From Salpingoeca rosetta (Eukaryota; Protista; Choanoflagellata): a stretch of DNA of 64,000 nt. This document shows positions 29,829 to 52,753 of this stretch, one piece after another (within the stretch, counting starts at the first letter, position 1; every line of letters starts with the position of its first letter). The DNA is taken from NCBI GenBank assembly GCA_033442325.1, contig JAWQFM010000028.1, forward strand, positions 335,246 to 399,245, given 5' to 3'. The notes under the pieces were generated by a model. It was not told the origin of the DNA. It was given only the letters and a program-made list of their open reading frames with translations, and ran no database searches. The translations under genes were made by a program, and so were the position numbers.

Positions 29829-30113
29829 TCAAGAGCAAATGAGGCCGGCTGGAATGCAGCGATAGTCCTGGAACACCACATCAAACCGACAGGTGTCGGT
29901 GTGGTTGCAGCAGTTGCCCCATTCTTGCACCGTGCTTGGGATGCACGTTTGTGAGCACGCCTTGGCCACGCAATCGCTCCCGGGCCCAGTGGCCATTTGT
30001 GTGTGTAGCACCAGCTTCGCAGTGACAGGCGCCGCCGTGGTGGCAACTGCCGTCACCAGCACCGTCGCCGCCAGTGCCATCAGCACAGCAATCGCAACAC
30101 ACCGCCACTGCAT
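29829..30113 (-). CDS. Small secreted cysteine-rich peptide precursor (94 aa, single exon)
   Basis: ATG at 30113. Hydrophobic signal MQWRCVAIAVLMALAATVLVTAVA, then a mature region with 8 Cys (C-x4-C-x3-C-x10-CC-x5-C-x10-C-x6-C). The ORF is free of microsatellite. Confidence 0.7.
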   Translation of the reverse strand: MQWRCVAIAVLMALAATVLVTAVATTAAPVTAKLVLHTQMATGPGSDCVAKACSQTCIPSTVQEWGNCCNHTDTCRFDVVFQDYRCIPAGLICS

Positions 30114-30674
30114 CTCTAGCTTGCTTTTGCTTCTTGCTTCTTGCTGCTTTGCTTGTTTCTTTGCTTCTTCCTCCAGAAAAAAAACTGCCCAGTGCCAGTG
30201 GAACAACACCGCGCACGGCCGAAGGACCGTTAAACAAAAGCAAACAACCTCCTCCTCCCCCCCCCCCCCCAAAAAAAAAAAAAACCTAACACGCCTCAAC
30301 CCTTCAACCTGCTGCAAAAGTGCAAACATGCTTGCTCTCTTCTGATTGCAAGGATTCCTACTCAGCCAATTCAGCAGCTTTGTTCCTTTGTTCCTTCCAT
30401 CTACCTCCTGTGCCCTGTGCCCTGTGCCCAAGAACAGGCCTTTACTCTTTTGACTTCTTTGACTGACAAGCAAGTGAAGAGAACATGGCTTGAACGCACA
30501 CGCCTCATACAAAGAACAACAACACAGGCAAGAAAGCAACACACCACAGCACGCCACTTTCACTTTCACTTTCACTTTCACTTTCACCCTCTCATCCACT
30601 CTCGCTTTCAACTCCCTGACTCCGTCTGTGTCCTGCATTTTGAACGGTGCCGGTTGGCTCGCCCAGGGCGCAGC

Positions 30675-33029
30675 CTAACCCGCTGCTTCTCGGCTCCTTG
30701 CCGTGTGCTGTCCGCCAGCATCTTGGCTATCGTGCTGCTGCTGCTGCGGCTGCTGCGGCAACTCGCTCAGCACCGGCACTTGGCCCTCCTTGGTTCGCGT
30801 GTTGACGAGGCAGTTGCTGAGGTTGAGGTCCCGCACACCCTTCACGTCGCCGAGAACCACATGGAGGTTGATCATCGTCAGCGTCTCCAAGTTGATGCCA
30901 AGGCGGGACGACACATCCCACACACCGCCGAAAGCGCCGCCAAACAGCAAGGCGGCTTGGCTGCCGAGTAGCTTCATGCACGAGGAGTCCGTGTTGTGCA
31001 CATGTAGATGGCTTGGCGTCCACACGCTGTGGGACAGGGGCTCGAGCATGGCTGCAGGGGCCTCCAGCTCCACACGCACTGCCTGCGGCATGTACGCCGG
31101 GCCCGTTGCCTCGTAATCCTTGGCAACAAACACCTCCACGTGGGGCATGGTCTCCAGCCAACTGGCGCCAGGCAGGTTGCGCAGTGTGAGCTTACGCAGG
31201 CTGGACCGGAGCTCCGTGATGCCCTTGACGGGCCATTTTGCAGTAAAACCACGCGCCTCCAGGGTTGTCGTGCCACCAAGGTGAGCCATGTTGGACAAGC
31301 TCAACTCAGGCACGCCGGCAATGGGCCTGAAGTCTGTCACGGCGGTGTTGTTCAGCACCACGGAAACACCAACGCACATGGTGGGCAGGCCTTCAAACTG
31401 CGGGCAGTTGGCGACGTGAAGCCGCTGCAGGCGTGGTCCAGCCTCAAGCCTCTTGAGGTGTGGGCAGTTGCGGAACACCAGCTGTGTTGCAGCGTGGAAC
31501 TTTGGAATCACGGCATCCTGCTTCAAGTCCTCAACGTGAAGGCTGGTCACCCACGTCAGTGAGGTGAGCCGAGTGACGAAGGAGCAATCGAGAAGCTGCA
31601 CGTGATGGGCGTGGCACAACCCCTGCAACGTGTTGTCGTTGACGGGCGAGCGGAAGATCATCGACACCGTGCTCCCGCCGCCGTCTGCGTGCACGTGTGC
31701 TTCGCGCAGCTGGGCGAGGGTGCTGGCAACGCCGGTGAGCGCGTGGGTGGCGATCGGCGGCTGCGGGCAGTCGTGGAGGATCAGTGTGCGGACCCGCTTG
31801 AAGTCTGCAATGCGCTGGAGGCGCGGAGATTGCATCACGTGCACGCTGTCGATGCTGTGCAGCCCCTTGAGCTGCTCGCACTGGCTGAGGTACAGGAAGA
31901 GGCTTGACACATGGCACAGGCTGTGCACGCATGTGGCCGCCGTTCTCACAGTGAGGCTAGCCAGAGGCGGCAGATTCAGCACACCCGTCCGCTGTTCCAG
32001 CAGGGACACCAGCGCAGCTAGAGTGTGCTCATCAAAGGGGGCCTCCAGAGACACGAGGTTGCACACTGCCACGTTGCACAGTGCTTCAGTCGTGTCGACG
32101 TCGCACAAGATTGCCGAGATTTGACAAGCAGATGCGCTTCTCAAAGCGGCAGCGTTGGCCATCACCGCGCGCTGCTGTCGGGCTGGCACGACGACGGGTG
32201 AAGTAGTGGCTGATGTTCTCGTATGGGCAGAGGGGGCATCGTGCTGCGCCTGTGCGACGCTGCTGCTGCTGCTGCTGTTGTGGTCACCAGCTGACGATAA
32301 GGGGGGCAGATCGACTGTTGTTGCGCCACGATCAATGGTGTTTGGGCTTGTTGAAGGATGACCCTGCTGTTGCTGTTGCTGTAGCTGTTGCTGTAGCTGT
32401 TGTCGTTGCTGCTGCTGTTGCTGTTGTCGTTGCTGTTGCCGTTGCTGCTGCTGTTGCTGTTGGTCTGCCTCTTCAACAAAGTGGAGGCGATGCGCGCGAA
32501 GGTGTGTCGATTCAATCTGGTACACGCTGCCCTTGAGGTACAGGTTCACGGTGGTGGCGCAGCGCGTGTCATGCACGATGGCGTCCATGTCGACGGTGGT
32601 CGGGTCCCACCACGCGCCGAGGCGAGAGTACAAGAAGAACAAGGGCCGGTTCCAGCCAACATTCTGCAGCAGTGACGACGATTCACCTTGATCTTGGTTC
32701 TGCTGTGCCTGCTCCGATGCAGGCGGCACCCCATTAGATTTCCGGAATCGCAATGGCCGGTTCCATTGCAAAGCCACCGCGTGCGTGGTCGGCTGGAGAA
32801 ACAGGTGCATGGGGAGTCGAAGCGGCAGCTCGAGCAGGAGCGCACGGCACGTGAACATGACACGAAGCGCCGACTTGAAGTCTTCGGGGCCCATGGTGGC
32901 CAGGATCAGGGACCACAGGTAGCTGACAGAAGTGGCGCCAACTTGGAGGGGCTGGGCAGCAGGCATGTTTGTGTCGACCGCGCCCATGGCACACAGAGAA
33001 GCTGCGGCTGCGGATGGATAAGCAGCCAT
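30675..33029 (-). CDS. Intronless F-box-like / degenerate leucine-rich-repeat protein (~784 aa from MAAYPS)
   Basis: Uninterrupted ORF. The N-terminal YLWSLILATMGPEDFKSALRVMFTCRAL is F-box-like. A poly-Q linker precedes repeated LxxLxLxxC units (VRTLILHDC, LQRLHVANC, LRKLTLRNL, VRDLNLSNC). Confidence 0.75.
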   Translation of the reverse strand: MAAYPSAAAASLCAMGAVDTNMPAAQPLQVGATSVSYLWSLILATMGPEDFKSALRVMFTCRALLLELPLRLPMHLFLQPTTHAVALQWNRPLRFRKSNGVPPASEQAQQNQDQGESSSLLQNVGWNRPLFFLYSRLGAWWDPTTVDMDAIVHDTRCATTVNLYLKGSVYQIESTHLRAHRLHFVEEADQQQQQQQRQQQRQQQQQQQRQQLQQQLQQQQQQGHPSTSPNTIDRGATTVDLPPLSSAGDHNSSSSSSVAQAQHDAPSAHTRTSATTSPVVVPARQQRAVMANAAALRSASACQISAILCDVDTTEALCNVAVCNLVSLEAPFDEHTLAALVSLLEQRTGVLNLPPLASLTVRTAATCVHSLCHVSSLFLYLSQCEQLKGLHSIDSVHVMQSPRLQRIADFKRVRTLILHDCPQPPIATHALTGVASTLAQLREAHVHADGGGSTVSMIFRSPVNDNTLQGLCHAHHVQLLDCSFVTRLTSLTWVTSLHVEDLKQDAVIPKFHAATQLVFRNCPHLKRLEAGPRLQRLHVANCPQFEGLPTMCVGVSVVLNNTAVTDFRPIAGVPELSLSNMAHLGGTTTLEARGFTAKWPVKGITELRSSLRKLTLRNLPGASWLETMPHVEVFVAKDYEATGPAYMPQAVRVELEAPAAMLEPLSHSVWTPSHLHVHNTDSSCMKLLGSQAALLFGGAFGGVWDVSSRLGINLETLTMINLHVVLGDVKGVRDLNLSNCLVNTRTKEGQVPVLSELPQQPQQQQHDSQDAGGQHTARSREAAG

Positions 33030-33233
33030 GGCTGGAGAGGAGGTGATGGAGGGTGATGGAGGGTGATGTGACGTGATTGTCAGGGAAGAAAGCAAAGAGT
33101 GCGGGCGTGTTTGTGGCTGCGGGGAATGAGAGGGCTTTGGGGTGGGAGGGTGCGAGAACAGCCTGCTGCTGAGCACAGAGTAAATGACCACCCTGAAGGT
33201 GGCCGTGCTTCGGAGTTGTTGCTGCCGTTGTTC

Positions 33234-37841
<4,608 letters not shown>

Positions 37842-38325
37842 TGGCATGCTCTGATGCCCACACAACAGCATACGGACGTGACGCGCTCGACTTGGAGGCG
37901 CTGAGACATTTGTTACTTTGCTGTCTTACGCCTGACGTTGTGAAGCATGCAACGAGACTGATTTTGTGATTGCGCCACCCTGAGCATGCGTGCATGTGTA
38001 CGTGTCTCTTTCGTTCCCCGCATGCGCACGATGTGCCATTGTCAAACCGCCTCCTGTCATGTTTTGCAGCTCATTAAAGCTCCACCAAGCGTGGCTGTTG
38101 TGAAACCTCCAACAGGCAAACGCAAGATTGCACCTCTTGTCTCTCGTCACCACCGCTCACATGTCAAGTTCGCAACAGAACGCGGTAAATGATGTCTATT
38201 CATGATTGCAGCCGGGGACGCACACATGCACACATGCAGCCACCCAACACATCACCACCACCACCACCACACAGCATCACCAGGGCGAAGCAAGCATGCA
38301 CAGAGCACCGGGACCTGTGAGCGCG

Positions 38326-44189
<5,864 letters not shown>

Positions 44190-44305
44190 CGTGCCGTGCA
44201 CTGCGAAGTGCTTATGGAAGGAGAGGTGCCAAAGGCCAGGAGGAGGAGGAGGTGCGTCAGCTGTGCTTCGCTTGCTTGCTTTGCTGCTGTGTGATCCGTT
44301 GAATT

Positions 44306-44362
44306 GTGTGGTTGTGTGACTGAATTCAGTCGTGTACGCTGAATTCAGTCACACAACCACAC
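44306..44362. promoter_or_regulatory. Perfect 24-bp inverted repeat in the divergent promoter between PAN3 and the putative secreted-protein gene
   Basis: GTGTGGTTGTGTGACTGAATTCAG (44306-44329), a 9-nt spacer, then the exact reverse complement (44339-44362). It contains the 14-bp palindrome GACTGAATTCAGTC (44318-44331). Confidence 0.7.
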
Positions 44363-44363
44363 G

Positions 44364-45368
44364 ATGACCATGACGACGACCATGATGATGATGAACGCGA
44401 TGCCCAGCCAACGCGGAGGGCGATGGTTGCGAGGGACCATGGTTGTGGCTGGTGCTGTATGTGGTCTGCTTCTTCTCCTCCTCAGTCTCAGCGCACAACC
44501 CACACAAGGCTACCAACCACCAAACTCAACGGTACGCGTGTTTGTGCGTTTGTGTGTTGCGTGTCTGCTTGTGTGTTTGTGCTTTGTTTGTGTGTTGCGT
44601 GTCTGCTTGTGTGTTTGTGCTTTGTTTGTGCTGTATGTGTTGCATGTGAATGTGTTTGTGTTTGTTTGTACGTGTTGTTGTATCTGTGTGTTTGTGCGTG
44701 TTATTTGTGTTGTATGCATTTGCATTTGCGTGTTTGTGTTGTATGTGTTTGTGCGTTTGTACTTGCTTGCGCCTCCTTCAATTGCAGCAGCCAAGCATTG
44801 CTGAACATGTTCTCAACACCGGAAAACAACAACATGCGTGCTCGTGCAGTGCGATACACGGTTTCAACACGACGACGTGCGGTGCAAGTGCACATGCACG
44901 TTTCCATCGAAATCGATTCCAGAAGGAACACACCCCAGCGCGGCATGTGACATACACGAGACCAACTACCCCGCAGGAGGTTGGGCAGCGTTGCTTGCAT
45001 GCGAGGTGGTGCTGAAACAGAACGGGGTCGGGGGGGGGGGGCACGCGTTGAAGACAGGCAATGGGTAACAGCAACACGTACACAAACATACATAGACTTA
45101 CACAGACATGCACTCACATGCACTCACATGCATACACATCATCTGTTTCACTCGCGCGCATGGTTGTTGCTCGCTTGCCATCTCACACCCGCGCTTGCTC
45201 TGTGTTGTCCATGTGCATCCGAACAGAACAAAAGGAGTTGTGTGGAAGGGAGACGTGTGTCCGCTGCGCCAACGACAAGGAGACACGCTATGAGGAGCAA
45301 TGCAGCTACGTCGTTGTGGTTGGAAGCTCGAGCGACTGGTGAGGCAGCCGCGGATTTGCATTCGTGCG

Positions 45369-45425
<57 letters not shown>

Positions 45426-45544
45426 CNNNNNNNNNNNNNNNNNNNNNNNNNNNNNNNNNNNNNNNNNNNNNNNNNNNNNNNNNNNNNNNNNNNNNNNNNN
45501 NNNNNNNNNNNNNNNNNNNNNNNNNNNNNNNNNNNNNNNNNNNN

Positions 45545-45621
<77 letters not shown>

Positions 45622-45726
45622 ACACACGCACACACACACACACACTCACACTCTCTCTCTTTGTGCTGTTCGCCTCTGCTGTCATGAAGTGCTGCCACCT
45701 TCGGTGTATCGAATTCCCCCCAATAG
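44364..45726 (+). CDS. Putative small secreted Cys-rich protein (exon structure uncertain; contains a gap)
   Basis: The first exon encodes a signal-like VVAGAVCGLLLLLLSLSAQP and ends at a GT donor (~44532). Candidate downstream exons encode HACSCSAIH, SAACDIHETNYPAG and ELCGRETCVRCANDKETRYEEQCSYVVVVG. Confidence 0.4.
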
Positions 45727-46160
45727 ATAGCCTTTGTAATCGCACCGGTGTCATTCACACACACACAGAGCACGACGGAGCATGTCGCATGTGTGTCTCA
45801 CGTCGCGTTGCATCACACCATAGCAGCAGCACAGTCGCGTGGTGTCGGGAGTCACAGTTTCGTGCCTGCAGGCAAAGCTTGCGGCGTTGTGGGGTGTAAC
45901 ATAACGTGGCGGCGGCCGCCGGCAGGGACACTCGCCGGCGTCACATCATGTTGCGGGCGGTGGAGACAAACCACAGCAGGCACGCCACGATGTGCCGTGC
46001 TGTCATGTTGTGACAATGCACGGGGGTGGCAGTGCCACATGGCACAGCATCATACCATTGCCGCAGCACCAAATGGCCCTTGCGTGTTGATACAGATGCC
46101 ATTGGTGGTGCGCAATGTCACAGGTTCCAGGTGCTGTGTTCGTTGCGAAGGGGTGACATG

Positions 46161-46896
46161 TCACGGTGTGTCGAGCAAGTCCCGTGCTGTTCTCCCTTTG
46201 CGATCGACGGCGTTGATGTCTGCGCCCGGCATACGTACGTATGCAGCCTCGACTGTACCGAAACACGCCTCAGACGCAATCGCAGCCTGCATTCATGCAT
46301 GCGTGTGTGTGTGTGTTGTGGGGGATGGGCTTACAATGTGCCGTCAGGCGCAGATGCGACAGCTGGATCTCGGGGACGCAAAGTGGCAGGGAAGCACGAC
46401 ACAACAAAAGCAACAGCGGAATCGACAAACCACCGACACAGGCACACAGAGGCACAGGCACAGACAGGCATAAGCACACAGACAAACACACACACACACT
46501 CTCTCTCTCATTCAATCATTCAAAGAAACAGACAAGCAAACACACACACACACCTTGTGCAGTGCAGTTTGACCGTCCGAGTCTGCAAGGGCGGGGTTGG
46601 CGCCAACACGAAGAAGGTACGCCACCACGTCCAACCTATTGGAACGAGCGGCTCGGTGTAGCGGAGTGGCCTTCCCCGTGGTTGTTAACGCGTTCACGTC
46701 GGCGCCGTATTCAACCAGCATCCGGCACGCGTCCAAGTTGCCATGTCGAGCAAAGTAGTGCTGTGCACACGTGTGTGACAGTGCAGGTGCAACGTTAGAA
46801 AATATGCATGGAGACAGCATCGCGTGATAGCAGCGCATCATGGGCTCTCCCCATACACGCAGTCACACAAACAAACAAACAAACAAGCACACACAT

Positions 46897-46979
<83 letters not shown>

Positions 46980-47188
46980 AAAGCGGTGTAGCCGGTTGCA
47001 CTGCGCTGTGACGGGTCCGTGCCATTTTGCAACATCCGCTTTGCAGCCTGCGCATCGTTGCGGCTGGCCGCTCCAACGATGCTGCGTTCAAAGGCCATCT
47101 CATCCAAGTCCTGATCCAGCCCAGAGGGCGCATGCTCATGACAGCCACACCGCTGGTGGTGGCCGTCGTGGTCGTGAGTGTCGCTCAT
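46161..47188 (-). CDS. ANKRD39: Ankyrin repeat protein 39
   Basis: Three exons: CGCHEHAPSGLDQDLDEMAFERSIVGAA...GYTAL|HYFARHGN...ATPLHRAA...DGQTALHK|AA...DRKGRTARDL*. The 'Q.L.EM.FER' lead-in is characteristic of ANKRD39. Confidence 0.85.
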
Positions 47189-47553
47189 ATCCACTGCTCG
47201 CTTTTTGCTTGTCGTTCTTCTTCTTGTCTTGTCAGCAAGACGGTTGCAGAAAAATACCTTATATTTTGGGTTAATTATCGTCATTCGCCTCAAAGAAACG
47301 AAAGCGACGACAAACGACGAAGCAAGCAAAGGAGGGCAGGCAGTTGAGACGGAACAGAGACAAGACGCAACAGCAGACGCAACAGCGAAGGCTTGGCACA
47401 GCCGACAAACACACAAGCACTGCGTGCTCGCCGCACAGAGTTGACCACTGTTCCTGAACATTTGCAGCAGACGGCAGCAGCACACGAGAAAACACATACA
47501 CACACCTACGCATACACACACACACACACGTACACACAAACAAACAAACAAGC

Positions 47554-50018
47554 ATGGCCAGCAACTTGACAGTGTTGGATCGTGTGGATCGCAAGCCTGA
47601 GACGGGCAAGACAACAGTTACAGTGCATCCAATTGTGCTTCTTTCTGTTGTTGACCACTACAACCGCGCGTGCCGTGGCACCAAGAACAGGGCCGTCGGT
47701 GTTCTCCTCGGGTCATGGAAGGAGAACGATACCCTTGACGTCTCCAACAGCTTTGCAGGTCTGCGTGTGTGTGTTTGTTTGTGTGTGTGTGTGTGTGTGT
47801 ATGTGTGTGCGTGTGTACGTGTGCGTGTGCGTGTGTGCGTGTGTGTGTGTGTGTGCGTGTGCGTGTGCGTGTGCGTGTGCGTGTGTGGATTAAATGGCGT
47901 GTGGTTGTTTGGCTGGAACCTTCTGCTCCTTTTGCGGTTTGCGTCGACGATCACACCTCACTGCTGCTAATATCGTTTCCTCTTCCTATTGTTTCCCCCT
48001 CATTGTGTTTGATCAGTCCCCTTTGAGGAGGATGCCAAGTCGCCAGATGTGTGGTTCCTTGACCACGACTACCTCGTCAACATGTACAACATGTTCAGAA
48101 AAGTCAACGGTACGCGTGCACGTTGTGTGTAAGTGCATGTTTGTATGCATGTGTGTATGCATGCATTTATGGCATGTGTTTGTTTTTGTGTATGTGTGTG
48201 GTTTGAGTGTGTTTATGTGTGGGTGCTTGTTGCACATCGTACACTGCTTTGCTTGAACCCGGTCTACGACCCATGCCGCGTGTTTTGTGACAATGGCACT
48301 CCCTCGTTGCGTGTTCCGCCCGTGCTGATGTGGCTCGTTTGCGTCTCTCCTCACACGTCTCCTTCGTTACCGGGTGTGCAGCCAAGGAGCGAATTGTCGG
48401 CTGGTACCACACGGGCCCCAAGCTGCGCCCCAGTGACATCAAGATCCAGGAGCTCCTGACCAGATACGTCGCACATCCGGTAAGGATGGGAACGGGGTGT
48501 TGGACGTTGTTGTGCGGACGTGATATACACCGTGTGGGGTCTTGAAAGACGAGTATGGTTGTGCATAAGTTGTGTGTCGAAAGAATGTGGTGACTGTGAA
48601 CTTGCTGTGTCCTCTCCTCCGCCCTCCACTTTGACATGCGCGCACCCTCAATTTGCATGCCCTCAATTTGCATGCCCTCAACTTGCATGCTCTCATTTGT
48701 GTGGTTATGTGTGTGTATGTGTGTGTGTATGTGTGCGTATTGGTCAGGTGATGGTGATCATTGACCCGAACCCGACCACGCTTGGCCTCCCCACCAAGGC
48801 GTACTATTCTGTCGAGGAGATTCACGACGTGAGTTGCCCTGAACTTGACACTGCATGTGCAATAAAGTGTGCATGGCATTGGCTTTTTTTTTTCTGTCGT
48901 GTGTGAGTTGATGTATGATCTTCAACATGTGCTGGAGATGACGTTGCTGACAGCTACTCACCACGTTGTGTGTGTGTGTGTGTGTGCGTGTGTGTGCGTG
49001 TGTGTGCGTGTGTGTGCGTGTGTGTGCGTGTGTGTGTGTGCAGGACGGCACGCCCTCGACGCGGACGTTTGAGCACATTGCCAGCGAAATGGGCGCAGAG
49101 GAAGTCGAGGAGGTACGTGTATGCGTGTGTGTATGTACATGCATGCAAGCGTGCTTGCTTCTCTGTGCACCACGTGTACCACCACCACCATCGTCACCAC
49201 CACCACGCCTCATCCTGCCTCCCCATCACCACCACCACGACTGGGATGACGAACAGGTTGGCGTTGAGCACCTGCTGCGCGACATTACAAACCTCGGCAT
49301 CTCGGGCTCCCTCTCCCACCGCCTCCAACACCAGCTCGCCTCCGTCAAGGTGCGCGCACCCTCCCAGTTTCATGCCACATGCACTCTTGCTGTGTTTGCG
49401 AGTGTGAACGCCTGTATTTGGTTGTTTGGTTGGTTGTTTGGTTGGTTGGTTGTTTGGTTGGTTGGTTGTTTGGTTGGTTGGTTGTTTGCTCTTTTTTTTT
49501 TTTTGCGTGTATGTGTGCGTGCTTGTGTGTGTTGAGCATTGCAAGTGACAAGTTTCCGTTTGCTGCACCTGTTTGAAGTCATGCCACACCTTCACCATTC
49601 CTTGTACACCTGTGCTCATCCCCGCTTCACACCCTTGTTCTCACTCACCGACACCTCCCCCCCCCCATCTCCAAAACAACCCATCACCAGGGGCTGTACG
49701 GGCACCTGAAGGAGATTGAGGAGTACCTGTCGCTGGTTGCGGCGGGCAAGCTGCCCATCAACCACGCCGTGCTGTACCACCTGCAGGACATCTTCAACCT
49801 CCTGCCCGACCTTGATGCGTCGGCCCTGTCGGCTGCGCTCACCACCGCCACCAGCGACCAGCTCCTTGTCGTCTACCTCGCCTCTCTCCTCCGCTCAACC
49901 ATCGCCCTCCACAACCTCCTCGACAACAAGGTGCCCGGTTGTGATTGTACTGTTGTGTTGTGTTGTGCATGCATGCGTGCGTGCGTGTGTATGGGCATGT
50001 GTGCTTGCGTGTGTATGG

Positions 50019-50082
<64 letters not shown>

Positions 50083-50383
50083 ACGTAGTTTCATGTTTTT
50101 GCGCACGCATCTTTGCTCCCCGTCACATGTTCGCGCGTCCCCGTGCACGGTTGCTTGCAATTTCTTACCCCACGACCACCGTTGTCGCGCCCTCGTTTAG
50201 ATTGAGAACCTTGACGCTGAGAAGAAGGCTGCGGAGAAGGAGGAGAAGGAGAAGGAGAAGAAGGAGAAGGAAGAGAAGGCCAAGGCAGACAAGGCCAAGG
50301 AGCAGGCGGAGAAGGAGACGCATGGTGGCGGTGACGACAGCACGAAGAAGCAAGGCGACAAGAAGGAGAGCAGCGACGCGTGA
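47554..50383 (+). CDS. PSMD7: 26S proteasome lid subunit Rpn8 (MPN domain)
   Basis: [26 protein letters not shown]|[32 protein letters not shown]|[10 protein letters not shown] and LQDIFNLLP, followed by a KEKE-rich tail. Confidence 0.96.
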
Positions 50384-50724
50384 GGTCGCTTCCACCACCA
50401 TCACTGCTGTTGGTGAGAGCTGTTTCCTGCACCCTCTCTTTCCCACTGTTCTGTGTGTTGGTGTGTTGTAGTGCTGTTGTGTTGTTGTTTCTGTCTTTGT
50501 TTCTCCGTGTCCTCTCCCCTCGCATCTGTGTACGCGCGCGTTGTTTGCAGAGTAACCAATACAGCACTGGTTATGGGCTATGTGCCATGGGTGACGCAAG
50601 GACGGTGCGAGAAGGTGGTGATGGACTGTGTAATGGAGACAAGACAACAAGCAAGCAGGGTATGGATACGGTCAACAGACACGGGGGCAGCGCACAACAT
50701 GCAACACGGGCTTCGACGTGTCTC

Positions 50725-51593
<869 letters not shown>

Positions 51594-51789
51594 GTTGCTA
51601 CTTCGTACTTGAGGTGTACTTGTGTTGTTGTGTCACCGTGCAGTAGACGTGGCGATGCCGGGGGGGGGGGGGGAACAGTCTTATTGTGCACGTGTGCGTG
51701 TGGTTGTCTTGTGTTGGTCTGTCGTGTGCAGCGTGCCGCTTGTGCTTGTAGTTGGACTAGAAATAGGCCATTTTTGGCCTAGAAAGAGG

Positions 51790-51953
51790 ATGTCGCTGTT
51801 CCAAGCAAAGTGAGCGGGAAGACGTTGGTGACAACAACGGTCAAACAAAGCAGTGGTGTGGTGCGGTGTGTGTGTGTTGGTGTGTGTCAGCGTGTGTGTG
51901 CCTGTCTGTCTGTCTGCCTGTGGATGCTCACTTGGCATGCGACGCTTGTGATG

Positions 51954-51984
<31 letters not shown>

Positions 51985-52680
51985 AGGGAGTTCTGGACCA
52001 CCAAGGCCTGCGAGCCCGGAACCACGGACATTGGCTCGCTGGTGGTTGGCAACATCGACAACAACAAAGATGGCATCGGTCAGTGAGGGAGCTTGGCACA
52101 TCGCGTTTGTGTGGTCATGTGTTCGGTGAGCTGTTGGATCTTTGATCGTGTGATTGGCCGCTGCTGTCCACTGCCACCACCACCACCGCCGCCGCCGCCG
52201 CCGCCACTGCTGATGCTGTATCGGTGCTTGCTCAAACGCCTTCTGAGCTTGTGCTGCTTGTGGTGCTGGCATCCTCACAACCACCCGTGTTGGGGTCGAT
52301 GGCCCTTGCCAGAGAGGATTGTGGTGGGAAGCCTGACAGGTGATCTGAGCATCTACACCGTTGCTGAGATGGAGTACAGAAGCGAGGTCAGTGTGCCCTT
52401 CTGCCAGCAACTGCTGCCGTCAATGGCATCGCAGCACGTGCAGTGTTGGCGCCGTAGAGTTGTGCTTGATGTTGTTGAAGCTGTTGTGAACCACGCTACG
52501 CCGGCTCATGGTCGTCAACCTCGCTTGCACGTTTCGCTGCTCCCGTTGGGGCACCTGCAGGACCTGTTGTTTCACACAAAGCTGGCACCAGTGCTACAGC
52601 TGGAAATGGGCGCGTTCAGCTCGTGAGTCGCAGTGTGTGTGTTTTTTCGTGTTTGTTTATGTGCGTGCGTGCGTGCGTGG

Positions 52681-52753
<73 letters not shown>

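Noticed and set aside
45748-46473. 241-aa Cys-rich plus-strand ORF, briefly considered expansin/DPBB-like
   Set aside because: It overlaps the last ANKRD39 exon in antisense, the motif order does not fit DPBB, and there is no convincing start.
51594-51790. Full RFX X-box upstream of the ciliary gene BBS9
   Set aside because: Only a GTTGCTA half-site is present, with no matching palindromic partner.
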